Source: Candidatus Methanosuratincola verstraetei | GTDB lineage: Archaea; Thermoproteota; Methanomethylicia; Methanomethylicales; Methanomethylicaceae | Length of the DNA: 64,000 nucleotides | Reading direction: 5' to 3' | Assembly (NCBI GenBank): GCA_049570475.1 | Contig: CP186953.1 | Span: 1,457,744-1,521,743, forward strand | Shown here: piece by piece, positions 19,528 to 28,390 of the stretch | How the letters are laid out: each line of letters starts with the position of its first letter | Numbering within the stretch: position 1 is the first letter of the stretch | Made by a program: the position numbers and the translations under genes | The notes under the pieces: generated by a model | Database searches by the model: none | What the model was told of the DNA's origin: nothing | What the model saw: the letters and a program-made list of their open reading frames with translations, nothing else

Positions 19528-20631
19528 ATGGAAAAACCTGACATAATCTGCGGATATGAGGAGTCGAAGTGCCTCGATTTTATGAGAAGGATAGGCGGCT
19601 CAAGGCCAATCTTCGCATGCGTAATCGCCTCGACTGATACTGCAAAGATACCTGGCCTCTCAGCAGCCGGAGCGATGCCCGAGATAACCGATTATACGCC
19701 CCCCGCAGATGTTGAGCTGCTCTTTTACGGCAAGTGCAGGTGCATAGAAGGCGTCCCTGTCACGCCAGACGGGATCCCGACGCCTGCCCTGATCACAATG
19801 TCCGCCATCAGGCTCTCGGGAATCCCCTACTTTGTAGTGAACGGGGGGCTCAGGGTCTTGCCCAAGGTTCCCTTCATAGATGTGGGAGGGAACCCGGGGA
19901 AGGACATCAGGTCCGGCAGATCGGTGGAGGACCCAAAGGAAGTTTACGAGAGATCGTCAATAGTTGGGAGGCAGTTGTCGAGGCTTGCCGATTATCTCGT
20001 GGTTGGGGAGAGCATCCCAGGAGGCACGACCACCGCACTTTCGGTGCTCCTGGCAATGGGGGTCGATGCCAGCAGGAAAGTGAGCAGCAGCATGCCAAAC
20101 AACCCGCACGACCTCAAGCTGAGGGTCGTTGAAGAAGCATTGGCTGCAGCTGGCATCCACTTCGGATCTTTGGAGCGCGATCCCTTCAGGGCAATCTCCT
20201 CTGTCGGGGATCCGATGATGCCCGCTGCGGCTGGTTTGATCGCTGGCGCCGCCGAGGAGGTGCCTGTGATCATGGCTGGCGGCACGCAGATGTGCGCTGT
20301 ACTAAAGGTGATACAGGCCCTCTCTCCGGGCGTCTTGGAAAACCTCGCGATAGGCACTACCCGGTGGATCCTGGAGGACAAGACCTCCGACATAAGGGAG
20401 CTCGTATCCCAGATCGCGCCGGTCCCTGTGCTTGCTGCTGGGTTGGATTTTTCCGGCTCCATGTACAGCGGTCTCAGGGCCTACGAGCTCGGCGTGGCGA
20501 AAGAGGGCGTAGGCGCTGGAGGATCCAGCATAGCGGCGATGTTGACTTCGGGGGGCGCGATCACCAAAGCCTCTTTATTGAGGGAGATCGAAGTTAACTA
20601 CGGGATGCTCACAAATGCCTCCCCCGATTGA
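19528..20631 (+). CDS. cobT: Archaeal-type nicotinate mononucleotide:base phosphoribosyltransferase
   Basis: IPGLSAAG, TPPADVE, PTPALIT, GESIPGGTTTA, MAGGTQM, KEGVGAGG. Confidence 0.92.
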   Translation: MEKPDIICGYEESKCLDFMRRIGGSRPIFACVIASTDTAKIPGLSAAGAMPEITDYTPPADVELLFYGKCRCIEGVPVTPDGIPTPALITMSAIRLSGIPYFVVNGGLRVLPKVPFIDVGGNPGKDIRSGRSVEDPKEVYERSSIVGRQLSRLADYLVVGESIPGGTTTALSVLLAMGVDASRKVSSSMPNNPHDLKLRVVEEALAAAGIHFGSLERDPFRAISSVGDPMMPAAAGLIAGAAEEVPVIMAGGTQMCAVLKVIQALSPGVLENLAIGTTRWILEDKTSDIRELVSQIAPVPVLAAGLDFSGSMYSGLRAYELGVAKEGVGAGGSSIAAMLTSGGAITKASLLREIEVNYGMLTNASPD

Positions 20632-21343
20632 CAGAGGTGGATGCTTCCGGACAGTGCTGATCTTGGGCGGGGGCAAGTACGGGACCATTGCCCTGAACAG
20701 GCTCCGGGGAAGATCAGAAAGGATAATCGTGGTTGACATAGACCCTGATTGCCAAGCGGGAAAATACGCCGAAAGGATCTTTTTGGGCAATGCCGATCCT
20801 GGCAAAGGGTCGTCCCTCGTCTTGGGCGACGGCGCTTCATTCCTCTCCCGCCTGATCGATCGGGGCGACGTTCCAGACTTCGTGATCCTGACGATACCCA
20901 AGAATGTGATGGCTGCTTTATTCATCTCCTGGGCAGAGTCGCTCGGCATGAAGGTGCTCTTCGACCCAGACTGGATGCTCGATGTAGCAAAAAGATTTCC
21001 CGAGAAATGGATTGTGGCGAAGGACCAGATTTTCGGGGTCTTGGTTGCGAGCTATGCGCGTGATCATGTCTGCCTGGACGGGTGCACTCAGCCTGAGGTC
21101 TGCCCAGTCTCAGGTGAGAGGCGCGAAAAATCGATGATCGAGCTCGCGAAAAGCTCGGTGGAGGGGGATTTTGTGAGGATATTCGAGAGCAGGCTCCTTG
21201 AGAGCGATGTCGGCGGAGTCGAGGGGTGCGCGATACTGGAGGCGTACAGGGAATTCAGCTCGCGCGCCCACAGCGGGATGCGCATTGCCATAGGTACCGC
21301 CTGCAGGTGCCATGCAATAGTGAACTTTATGAGGCTTGCCTGA
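20615..21343 (+). CDS. Uncharacterised NAD(P)-binding Rossmann-fold protein with Cys/His clusters
   Basis: ILGGGKYG...VVDID dinucleotide motif; C..C...CP cluster and GTACRCH; overlaps the cobT 3' end. Confidence 0.7.
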   Translation: MPPPIDRGGCFRTVLILGGGKYGTIALNRLRGRSERIIVVDIDPDCQAGKYAERIFLGNADPGKGSSLVLGDGASFLSRLIDRGDVPDFVILTIPKNVMAALFISWAESLGMKVLFDPDWMLDVAKRFPEKWIVAKDQIFGVLVASYARDHVCLDGCTQPEVCPVSGERREKSMIELAKSSVEGDFVRIFESRLLESDVGGVEGCAILEAYREFSSRAHSGMRIAIGTACRCHAIVNFMRLA

Positions 21344-21363
21344 GAATCTTGCATGGTGGGAAA

Positions 21364-21750
21364 TTGAAAGTTAAAAAGAGCGAAGATGAGTGGAAAAGGT
21401 CCTTGACCCCTGAGCAGTATCGAGTCCTGAGGAAGGGGGAGACTGAGCCCCCCTTCACAGGGGAGCTGCTCCACAACAAGGGGGAAGGCGTCTACAAGTG
21501 CGCTGGGTGCGGCAATCCTCTGTTCTTGTCCTCGGATAAGTTCGACTCCGGGTCTGGATGGCCCAGCTTCCGTGACGCGATTGAAGGGTCGATCGAGTAC
21601 ATCAGGGACACGAGCTACGGCATGGATCGGGTGGAAGTCAGGTGCAGCCGCTGCGGGGGGCACTTGGGCCACGTCTTCGACGACGGACCGCCCCCGAAAG
21701 GGAAAAGGTACTGCATAAACTCCGCGGCAATGGTTTTTGAGAAGAAATAG
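21364..21750 (+). CDS. msrB: Peptide-methionine (R)-S-oxide reductase
   Basis: LTPEQY..LR..TEPPF, CAGC, KFDSGSGWPSF, CSRCGGHLGHVFDDGP, RYCINS; TTG start after GGTGGG. Confidence 0.95.
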   Translation: MKVKKSEDEWKRSLTPEQYRVLRKGETEPPFTGELLHNKGEGVYKCAGCGNPLFLSSDKFDSGSGWPSFRDAIEGSIEYIRDTSYGMDRVEVRCSRCGGHLGHVFDDGPPPKGKRYCINSAAMVFEKK

Positions 21751-21765
21751 GGGGTTTAACTGGGT

Positions 21766-21969
21766 TCAGTCAACCTTCCAGGCTGCGACTGCAATTATGA
21801 GCCCTATGGCTATCCCAGTAATCCCGATCAGGGTGCCGGTGATCCCCAATGCACTGGGATCCATGATGGTGTAGCCTGTAACGACTGCCCCTACCCCTGC
21901 GACGATCAGGCCCAGTATTGCCCCATATTTCCTGTATCCGCTCGCCAATGGTTCACCCCCATGCGTCAT
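21766..21969 (-). CDS. Small two-TM membrane protein
   Basis: 67 aa with two Gly-rich hydrophobic helices; directly downstream of the ferritin-like gene. Confidence 0.6.
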   Translation of the reverse strand: MTHGGEPLASGYRKYGAILGLIVAGVGAVVTGYTIMDPSALGITGTLIGITGIAIGLIIAVAAWKVD

Positions 21970-21973
21970 TCCC

Positions 21974-22456
21974 TCACGGTTTGGCCCTCCCCTTCTCGAG
22001 GTCTACCGCCAGCTCCAAGAATTCGCGGTGCCTCTCCTCATCCTCGGCTATGCTGTTGAGCACCTTCTTGATAATCCCGTTCTTCTGCTTGAGGTCAAGG
22101 GCCTTCGCATATATCCCCACCAAGTACTCCTCATTCATGAGCTTCTCGTACTTCACAAGACCTTGCAGGACCTCGAGAGGTGGCTTCTTGCCTATAATGC
22201 CCTCCGCCTCATTTAGAATTTTGACCGCCTCCGCTGCGACGGCACCGGCATCCGCCTCGGGAGCCCTTTCTGGGACCTTTTCCCCCGAGAGGTGCCTGAA
22301 CACTTCGCTGTGCTTCCTCGAGTCTATTGCCAATATCGAGATCAGGAGCCTTGCTGCGCTGTTCTTTACAGAAGGCAGTATCTTTTCATATACCTCTGCG
22401 GTCTTCCTTTCATAGTATGCCAGGAAAGCGTATATGCCCTCCAAAATTCCCACCAA
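21974..22456 (-). CDS. Ferritin-like / rubrerythrin-family protein
   Basis: Paired E...Y and D/ExxH motifs (YE, DSRKH, YEK, DEERH). Confidence 0.8.
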   Translation of the reverse strand: MVGILEGIYAFLAYYERKTAEVYEKILPSVKNSAARLLISILAIDSRKHSEVFRHLSGEKVPERAPEADAGAVAAEAVKILNEAEGIIGKKPPLEVLQGLVKYEKLMNEEYLVGIYAKALDLKQKNGIIKKVLNSIAEDEERHREFLELAVDLEKGRAKP

Positions 22457-22555
22457 TTATTCTACTGTTCAATGCACTAATAAATCCAGTGCTGCGCCGT
22501 GCGAAATTCTTAAAATAAAGGTGTCAAGATCCGCCAATGGTGAGACGAGACGGAT

Positions 22556-24157
22556 TTGCGGAACTTTGCGGCTTTGCTTCTCACAGGTCTGATGACTGGG
22601 ATTTCCGTCTCCCTCTTCCTGGTGATTTTGGATTTTTCAAGCAAGGCTCTATCATCGTCTCTGCCTGCCCCACTGCTTGCCTCCTTAAGCATACCTTCTG
22701 CTTACCTCATCGTGCGCCTGCTCTCCGACTCAAAGAAGACCGGTTCCGGCGTGGACAGGTTCCTCGAAACCTACCACCTGAGGCACGGTGCGGCAACACT
22801 ACGATCCACTGCGGTCAGCGCTGCCTCTTTTGACGATGTGTCTGGGAGGTAGCGCGGGACCGGAGGGGCCAGGCTTGACAATGGGCGCAGGGATAGGCTC
22901 ATGGGTTGCAAGGAGGTTTGGTCTGGATCCTGAGAAGGTGAAGCGCCTCTACATCACGGGCGCCGCCTCTGGCATCGCTGCAATCTTCAGGGCTCCCCTC
23001 ACCGGAACTGTCTTCGCGCTCGAGATACCGTACATGTATGACATGGAAACCGGCGTCTTTGTCTCATCGCTCATTGCTGTTGTAGTCTCCTATGCCTTCA
23101 CCGTGATCTGCCTCGGCACCGAGCAGCTTTTCCTTTCCAGTCGGGGACAATCGAAATTACCCCTGATCTTCTGGTCAACTCAGTGGCAGTGGGCTTGATC
23201 TCAGCCGCCGTTTCCTTTGCCTTCATTAGCCTCTTCAAGGCGCTGAAGGCGCAGGCGAATCGCACCAAGTCCGCCCTAGTTCCTTTGGCCGGGGGCAGCG
23301 CCTTGGCTGCAATCTCGTTTGCATTCCCAGAAGTGCTTCGGACCGGCTTTGAGACAATAAAGGGGATAGGCAGCGGGACAATCCCGATCACCCTCTCCTT
23401 TGCCGTCGCACTGCTCGTGATGAAGATGCTCGCCACCTCTGTTACCCTATCGACTGGCGGATCGGGCGGGCTTTTCCTGCCTTGTATTTTCATGGGCGTG
23501 ACGCTGGGGGAGGCTTACTCGATAATAACGGGACATCCTGATAGTGCGGTGTTCGTCGCTGCTGCTGTCGCCGGGGTGTTTGCAGCCACGAATAAGGCGC
23601 TCCTGACCTCGATCCTGTTGGTAAGCGAGACCTTCGGACCTGTGGTCCTCCTCCCCTCGATAGTCGCAGCCTCGATCTCTTTCCTGATAACAAAAGACCG
23701 CTCAATTCACGATCACCAGCTCCTTAGGAGGGTCACCAAGAAAGAGATGGCCCTCGAGATGTTCAGCCACAGGATGGGGAACCGGATAAAGGGGGTCAGG
23801 GTTGACAGGATCATGGTTTCCAAGCCGGCTGCAATCGACTCAGGCGCTACTGTGGGCGAGACTCTCGAAACGCTCAAAAAATTCGGATACCGCGTGATGC
23901 CGGTGGTTTCGGGGAGGACTTACGTTGGTTACGTTACACTGGACATCTTGCTGGTGGAGGAGAAGGAGAAGCCCGTTTCAGAGGTAGTGGTCTTTTCTGA
24001 TCCCGTCATGCCGGATGAGACTTTGGATCGTCTAGTTATGCGTATCCTCAACACTGAGGAAACACATGTCTATGTCACGGACGCCGAGTCCAATTTGCTG
24101 GGCGTCGTGACCCAGAGCGACATAATCAAAGCCGTCTTTGAACTTGGGGATCAATGA
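22556..24157 (+). pseudogene. ClC chloride channel/antiporter with two CBS domains, interrupted by two frameshifts
   Basis: GSGVD in ORF 22556-22852; GGSAGPEGP and FRAPLTG..FALE in ORF 22788-23198; GGSGGLFLP and a CBS pair in ORF 23183-24157. Confidence 0.85.
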
Positions 24158-24881
24158 AGAACGGATTTTGCAGCGGCTGGTAGTCGACAGCGATTGGCTG
24201 CAGATCAATCTCCCTGGCCGCCCCCTCCAGTACGCTGATCAGGTCCATGGGCTTGCAGAGGAAATAGTCCGGCCTTTCATCCCGGGTCTCAAAGAAATTG
24301 CAGTCCCCGTAACTGGCGTATGCAGCCTTCATGCCTATGCACTTTGCAGCCTTGATGTCCCGCTGTATGCTGTCGCCGACGAATAGGGCCTCCTCCGGTC
24401 CGACCCCCAGCAGGCTCAGCGCAACCTCCAGGTGCCGCGGATCGGGCTTTACCCATTCGGTATCATCCGCACTGACGATCACGTCGAAGTATTGCCTCAG
24501 GCGGGTCCTCTCCATCCTTATCGCTGCGTTCGCCCTCCTGGCATTGGTGACCAGGGCGGTCCTTATGCCCATGTTCCGGAGTATCCTTAGCATCTGGTCC
24601 ACCCCTTCATAGGGCTTTATCAAGTCGAGCTTTGTCCTGTCGTAGACCTCGCAGCACTCGAAGTAGAGGTCAAAGTCATAGATTCCAAGGCTTGCCATGT
24701 ACTCCGCGATCACTGAAAAGCCCTCGTATTCCCCCTTGCTCCTGATGAACAGATCCAGGAGTTCGAGCCCATTGCCCCTGCCCAACCGGGCCGCCACCGC
24801 CCTGCATGCCCCGACCTGCGCATACACGAAGTCCATCAGCGTGTTGTCCATGTCAAAGAGCACTGCCTTTATGCTACTCAA
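24126..24881 (-). CDS. HAD-superfamily hydrolase (subfamily IA)
   Basis: FDMDNTL, VTN, KPDP, VGDSIQRDI; start overlaps the PIN gene stop. Confidence 0.9.
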   Translation of the reverse strand: MSSIKAVLFDMDNTLMDFVYAQVGACRAVAARLGRGNGLELLDLFIRSKGEYEGFSVIAEYMASLGIYDFDLYFECCEVYDRTKLDLIKPYEGVDQMLRILRNMGIRTALVTNARRANAAIRMERTRLRQYFDVIVSADDTEWVKPDPRHLEVALSLLGVGPEEALFVGDSIQRDIKAAKCIGMKAAYASYGDCNFFETRDERPDYFLCKPMDLISVLEGAAREIDLQPIAVDYQPLQNPFFIDPQVQRRL

Positions 24882-25888
24882 CCCTTGAACCCCAACCCTA
24901 TCAGCTCTCTGCAGGCTTCCAGGTCTTTCTTAAACCCATCGGCTACCTTTTCATCGAGGAAGAGTGCCTTGAGTTGCTCCGTGTCCCTCTTGCCCCTGAA
25001 CTCACCGTAAATTACGGCGGAGTTCATCTTGATCAATGCCAGCACGCTTGCAAGGTCGGCTATCAGCCTGCACAGCTGCGATCCTGTGCATGATGACTCG
25101 CGCGGGATCTCCTTTGGCATCTCGAACAGGAAGTGGTCGATGCCCTCGGCGTCGCAGATGTCAGTCATCGCGGCGTCTGCGGTTAGCATGACGATCTGTG
25201 CGTTCCTCTCGCGGGCGCATTTCGAGACGGTCCTGGCTATTATCCTGTCCCCCTCCCCCTCTTCGCCAGTGAACCTCTCCGATGCCTCGACTGATATGGC
25301 TGCTGCAAGCGCCTTCAGCTCCTTGTTCGCGAACCTGTATGCCTTCCTCGACTTTTTCATCCTCCTGTTCACCAGCTCGTCCAGCATCCACCTATCGTAC
25401 GGCGCCGCTTTCTTCATCTGGATTACCTGTTCCTGCGTGTACTTGTAGTTGTGGACGCTCGTTATCTCGTCCCTGACCGTGCTGACTATGATGCAATCCT
25501 TCGGGTCAAGCAGCCCTATGTTGGAGACAAACCTCCTGTATATTACGTTGGTGTCAAGCGCGAAGAGTGTGTTCTTGTGCGCCCTGTACGCCTTTAGCTT
25601 CTCCCTGAATTCCTCCATGTTCGCGAAGCCCAGTATCCCGCTGCTCATCATGCACTCGAGGATGTCTGCATACGAGGGCCCCTCGAGGTACGGATCTTCA
25701 TCCTTTATTCCGAAAGATTCTGGTGTGAGGGATGTGGACAGCCTGTATTTTCCGTTGAAGCTTGCGCATCTGAAGAGCGGAATGTGGGTGATCGGGTAGG
25801 CGAGATCTAAATCCCCAGCGAATAGGTTCACGAGTATCTGGATCTCTTCCTCGTTCAGGGTTAATGAGGGCCTGCTTGCTGAGCTCAC
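24878..25888 (-). CDS. PIN-domain protein (putative ribonuclease) with N- and C-terminal extensions
   Basis: FALDTNV, VRDEI, GDRII and LTADAAM supply the four acidic PIN positions. Confidence 0.8.
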   Translation of the reverse strand: MSSASRPSLTLNEEEIQILVNLFAGDLDLAYPITHIPLFRCASFNGKYRLSTSLTPESFGIKDEDPYLEGPSYADILECMMSSGILGFANMEEFREKLKAYRAHKNTLFALDTNVIYRRFVSNIGLLDPKDCIIVSTVRDEITSVHNYKYTQEQVIQMKKAAPYDRWMLDELVNRRMKKSRKAYRFANKELKALAAAISVEASERFTGEEGEGDRIIARTVSKCARERNAQIVMLTADAAMTDICDAEGIDHFLFEMPKEIPRESSCTGSQLCRLIADLASVLALIKMNSAVIYGEFRGKRDTEQLKALFLDEKVADGFKKDLEACRELIGLGFKG

Positions 25889-26370
25889 TGCTTCCCCACA
25901 CCCGCCTCTTCAATGAAGTCTCGGAGGGTCTGCCTGCCCAGCGGGATCATCATGTAGGGCTTTGCGGAGTCGCTGGTGTCGTCTATCTGCAGGTAAAATA
26001 TGTGATCGACCCCGACGTTATTCAACGGCACCAGCGCCCCGGCCACTAGGGCCTTCCTCCCTGGGGTTATGTCCACGGCAATCTTATTTCCAGAAGCCTT
26101 CCATTCCTTGATGATCTCGGTTATCTTTCTGCCCGCCTCGATGAAGCCCCCGTCCCTGACAATTTCGCTCCGTATCTCCGGCTGGAAGCCGTATTTGGCT
26201 GAGACTGCCCTGATGCCGGCTGAAGCCGCTTCTAGACCATCAGCAGTGCCCTCTTCCGCGAATATGACGACCTCATCCGGCTGGTAGTCCCTTTCCCTTA
26301 CCACTGCGTAGTACGAATTCACCAGTGCCCATCCGCTCCTCCCCAGCATCGTGATGTATTTGCACCCCAA
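25885..26370 (-). CDS. Stand-alone CARF-domain protein
   Basis: N-terminal ITMLGRS strand-loop, PDEVVIF, VDITPGRK (CARF motif II D-x-T-x-G-x-K), IFYL; AGGAGG RBS upstream of TTG. Confidence 0.75.
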   Translation of the reverse strand: MGCKYITMLGRSGWALVNSYYAVVRERDYQPDEVVIFAEEGTADGLEAASAGIRAVSAKYGFQPEIRSEIVRDGGFIEAGRKITEIIKEWKASGNKIAVDITPGRKALVAGALVPLNNVGVDHIFYLQIDDTSDSAKPYMMIPLGRQTLRDFIEEAGVGKQ

Positions 26371-26502
26371 TCAGAACAGCCTCCTGGTCAGACGCTTGGC
26401 CCTTCGCCCTGCAAATCCAAGGTGCCGGGCGGATCCTCTGCACCCGCGCGCCGATTGATCCGATCCGGCTCCTGGCTTAGGTCCATCCTTATCCCGGGTC
26501 AT
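26371..26502 (-). CDS. Possible 43-aa basic peptide (MTRDKDGP...RRAKRLTRRLF)
   Basis: Open frame nearly fills the gap between the Zn-finger gene and the CARF start; no recognisable motif. Confidence 0.2.
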   Translation of the reverse strand: MTRDKDGPKPGAGSDQSARGCRGSARHLGFAGRRAKRLTRRLF

Positions 26503-26509
26503 GTTCTCA

Positions 26510-26779
26510 TCATCTCCTTCTGCCCTTTGCGCTCTTCAGGCTTTGCCCAACTGGGGCCTTTCCAGCCATGATGATCCATGAGCCTTTCAGGCTGCCGCCG
26601 CAGATTGGGCAGCCGCGCCTCTTGCATGCCGGGCAGACCCTCGCCCTGGTGCCGCAAGTTGTGCACTCAGCTTCGACAACAGGAAGGCAATCGCGCCCCT
26701 CTATCATCCTCCCGCAAAATTCACAAGAAGAGAACGTTATGAACAACGGGACCACCGGAAACATGTCTCTCGCCATCAA
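26510..26779 (-). CDS. Small multi-CxxC zinc-finger protein
   Basis: CEFC, CTTC, CPAC and CPIC in 89 aa; AT-rich promoter-like DNA upstream. Confidence 0.65.
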   Translation of the reverse strand: MMARDMFPVVPLFITFSSCEFCGRMIEGRDCLPVVEAECTTCGTRARVCPACKRRGCPICGGSLKGSWIIMAGKAPVGQSLKSAKGRRR

Positions 26780-26815
26780 TATTTAAATATGATTTATTTA
26801 ATTTGTTTAATATAT

Positions 26816-27583
26816 TTAATTTTGGGATCGGGCTTCGAAGCCATTGATCAGCAAGGTGTTCCTGCCCTTCTCCGTAAGACGTACCTTGCTGTTCCTCCCC
26901 CTCCCGTCCACCACCAGCAATTCCTTCTCCTCAAGCGGCCTGATGTACCTGCTCTCTAGTATGACATGCCCGTATGGCTTTGACTTGCCTTCAACCGAGA
27001 AGAGGCCCTTCTCCAGGCAGCTCTTCAGCAGCTGGCTCTTCTTGGGATCTCTTAACTGGTCCACCAGGACAAGGAAGTTCAACTCATCTGGCGTAGGCAG
27101 GTCGATCGAGTAGTGCGGCACTATCTCGATCTTGGAGAGGCCAGCCGAGTTCTGCGCCCTATTGGGATCTACTACCTCGATGTACCTCTCAGGGTAGGCG
27201 TAGTAGGCGCTCACGCCCTTCTTGAATGTGAGTGTTGCGAAGTGGCATGCGACACCCTGTATCGACCCTCCCGAGGATATGTTCACGAAAACATGGTTTC
27301 CGGATTCCAGCTCCCCCTCTATTATCTTCCTGCATGTGTAGATCAGCTTGAATAGGTCCAGCTCTGCCCTGTGGATCTGGTACGGCTTCTGCGCCCTTTC
27401 AAGCTCTTCGACTATCCTCTCTTGGCAATTGAGACCCCTCTGGTTGCTGTCCTGCCTGACAATCAGGTGGATCCTCTCTCCTTTCATCATCATGAACGGG
27501 AGAACGACCCTGTCGATCTCGAAGCCAACCGGCGCGATGTGGGCCCTCTCAGGGAACCTTCCATTGGCGATGCTTTGAGACAT
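26816..27583 (-). CDS. CARF-like domain + winged-helix transcriptional regulator (DUF6293/Csa3-like)
   Basis: HIAPVGFEIDRV, FVNISSGG, AYYAYPE..Y, then a C-terminal wHTH ending PLEEKELL...VRLTEKG. Confidence 0.8.
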   Translation of the reverse strand: MSQSIANGRFPERAHIAPVGFEIDRVVLPFMMMKGERIHLIVRQDSNQRGLNCQERIVEELERAQKPYQIHRAELDLFKLIYTCRKIIEGELESGNHVFVNISSGGSIQGVACHFATLTFKKGVSAYYAYPERYIEVVDPNRAQNSAGLSKIEIVPHYSIDLPTPDELNFLVLVDQLRDPKKSQLLKSCLEKGLFSVEGKSKPYGHVILESRYIRPLEEKELLVVDGRGRNSKVRLTEKGRNTLLINGFEARSQN

Positions 27584-27585
27584 AA

Positions 27586-27601
27586 ATTAAGTATGCTTAA
27601 T
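27586..27601. promoter_or_regulatory. Inverted repeat ATTAAG-N4-CTTAAT in the divergent promoter
   Basis: Perfect 6-bp inverted repeat just upstream of the CARF-wHTH start, in a very AT-rich 55-bp gap. Confidence 0.4.
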
Positions 27602-27638
27602 AATTTATTTATGTTTATTCTATAAGTAGGCCAAAAGG

Positions 27639-28340
27639 GTGGGCTGCTTGGGCAACCTCAAGGCGATAGTCGACGAGTACATGAGCATGGCGCGGGGCAT
27701 AGACGAAATGTGCACCCGGTGCCTGAGGACCGAGCGATGGGGCGGCAGCGTCACCCTGATGGTCGTGGACGCCGCATTCACGTCGATAGGGCTGAACTAT
27801 TTCACGGCAGTCGTGCCGAAGGTTGACTATTTCAGGAGGGAGTTCGTGGAGGCTGGGCGAATCAAAACGCTAAAGGATCTGGCAGAGTCCGGCACCGACG
27901 AACTGCTGGAGGTCTGGAGGAACCGGAGGTCCTGGGAGGCTGCGCGGGGGATCGCGTCTTACCTCTCCGCCCTCCCCTACGGGACAGACCGGGAAGCGCT
28001 CAGGTCTTGGGCCAGATCGTCTTCCCTGGTAAACTGGAGGCTGGACCCCGTTGGGCGCATAAGAGGGGTCGGGCTCGTCACATACCAGTACCTCAGGATG
28101 ATGGGGGGCGTCGACACGGTGATGCCGGACAAGATCGTGAAGCGCGTGATAAACGAGATGCTTGTCAAAGCCGGAGAGGAACCAGTAGAGGACAATTTGG
28201 CGTTCATATTGAAGGCGGAGGAGATCGCCAAGCGGACGGGGTACCGCCCGATCGACCTCTGCTGGATGACCTGGATGATCCAGCCCGAGGGGAAGATCAT
28301 GAGGATGGACAAGTACTCGGGATTGCTCCACATGATCTGA
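27639..28340 (+). CDS. HhH-GPD DNA glycosylase-like protein
   Basis: IRGVGLVTYQYL helix-hairpin-helix followed by VMPD (GPD-like Asp). Confidence 0.65.
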   Translation: MGCLGNLKAIVDEYMSMARGIDEMCTRCLRTERWGGSVTLMVVDAAFTSIGLNYFTAVVPKVDYFRREFVEAGRIKTLKDLAESGTDELLEVWRNRRSWEAARGIASYLSALPYGTDREALRSWARSSSLVNWRLDPVGRIRGVGLVTYQYLRMMGGVDTVMPDKIVKRVINEMLVKAGEEPVEDNLAFILKAEEIAKRTGYRPIDLCWMTWMIQPEGKIMRMDKYSGLLHMI

Positions 28341-28390
28341 GCCAAGCGGAAGCGCTCGCAATATGGCCAGCCGGCGCAGAAGGGCTGCAG

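Noticed and set aside
22457-22556. Fluoride riboswitch ahead of the ClC gene
   Set aside because: No matching consensus; the ClC motifs (GSGVD, GPEGP) are not the fluoride-specific type.
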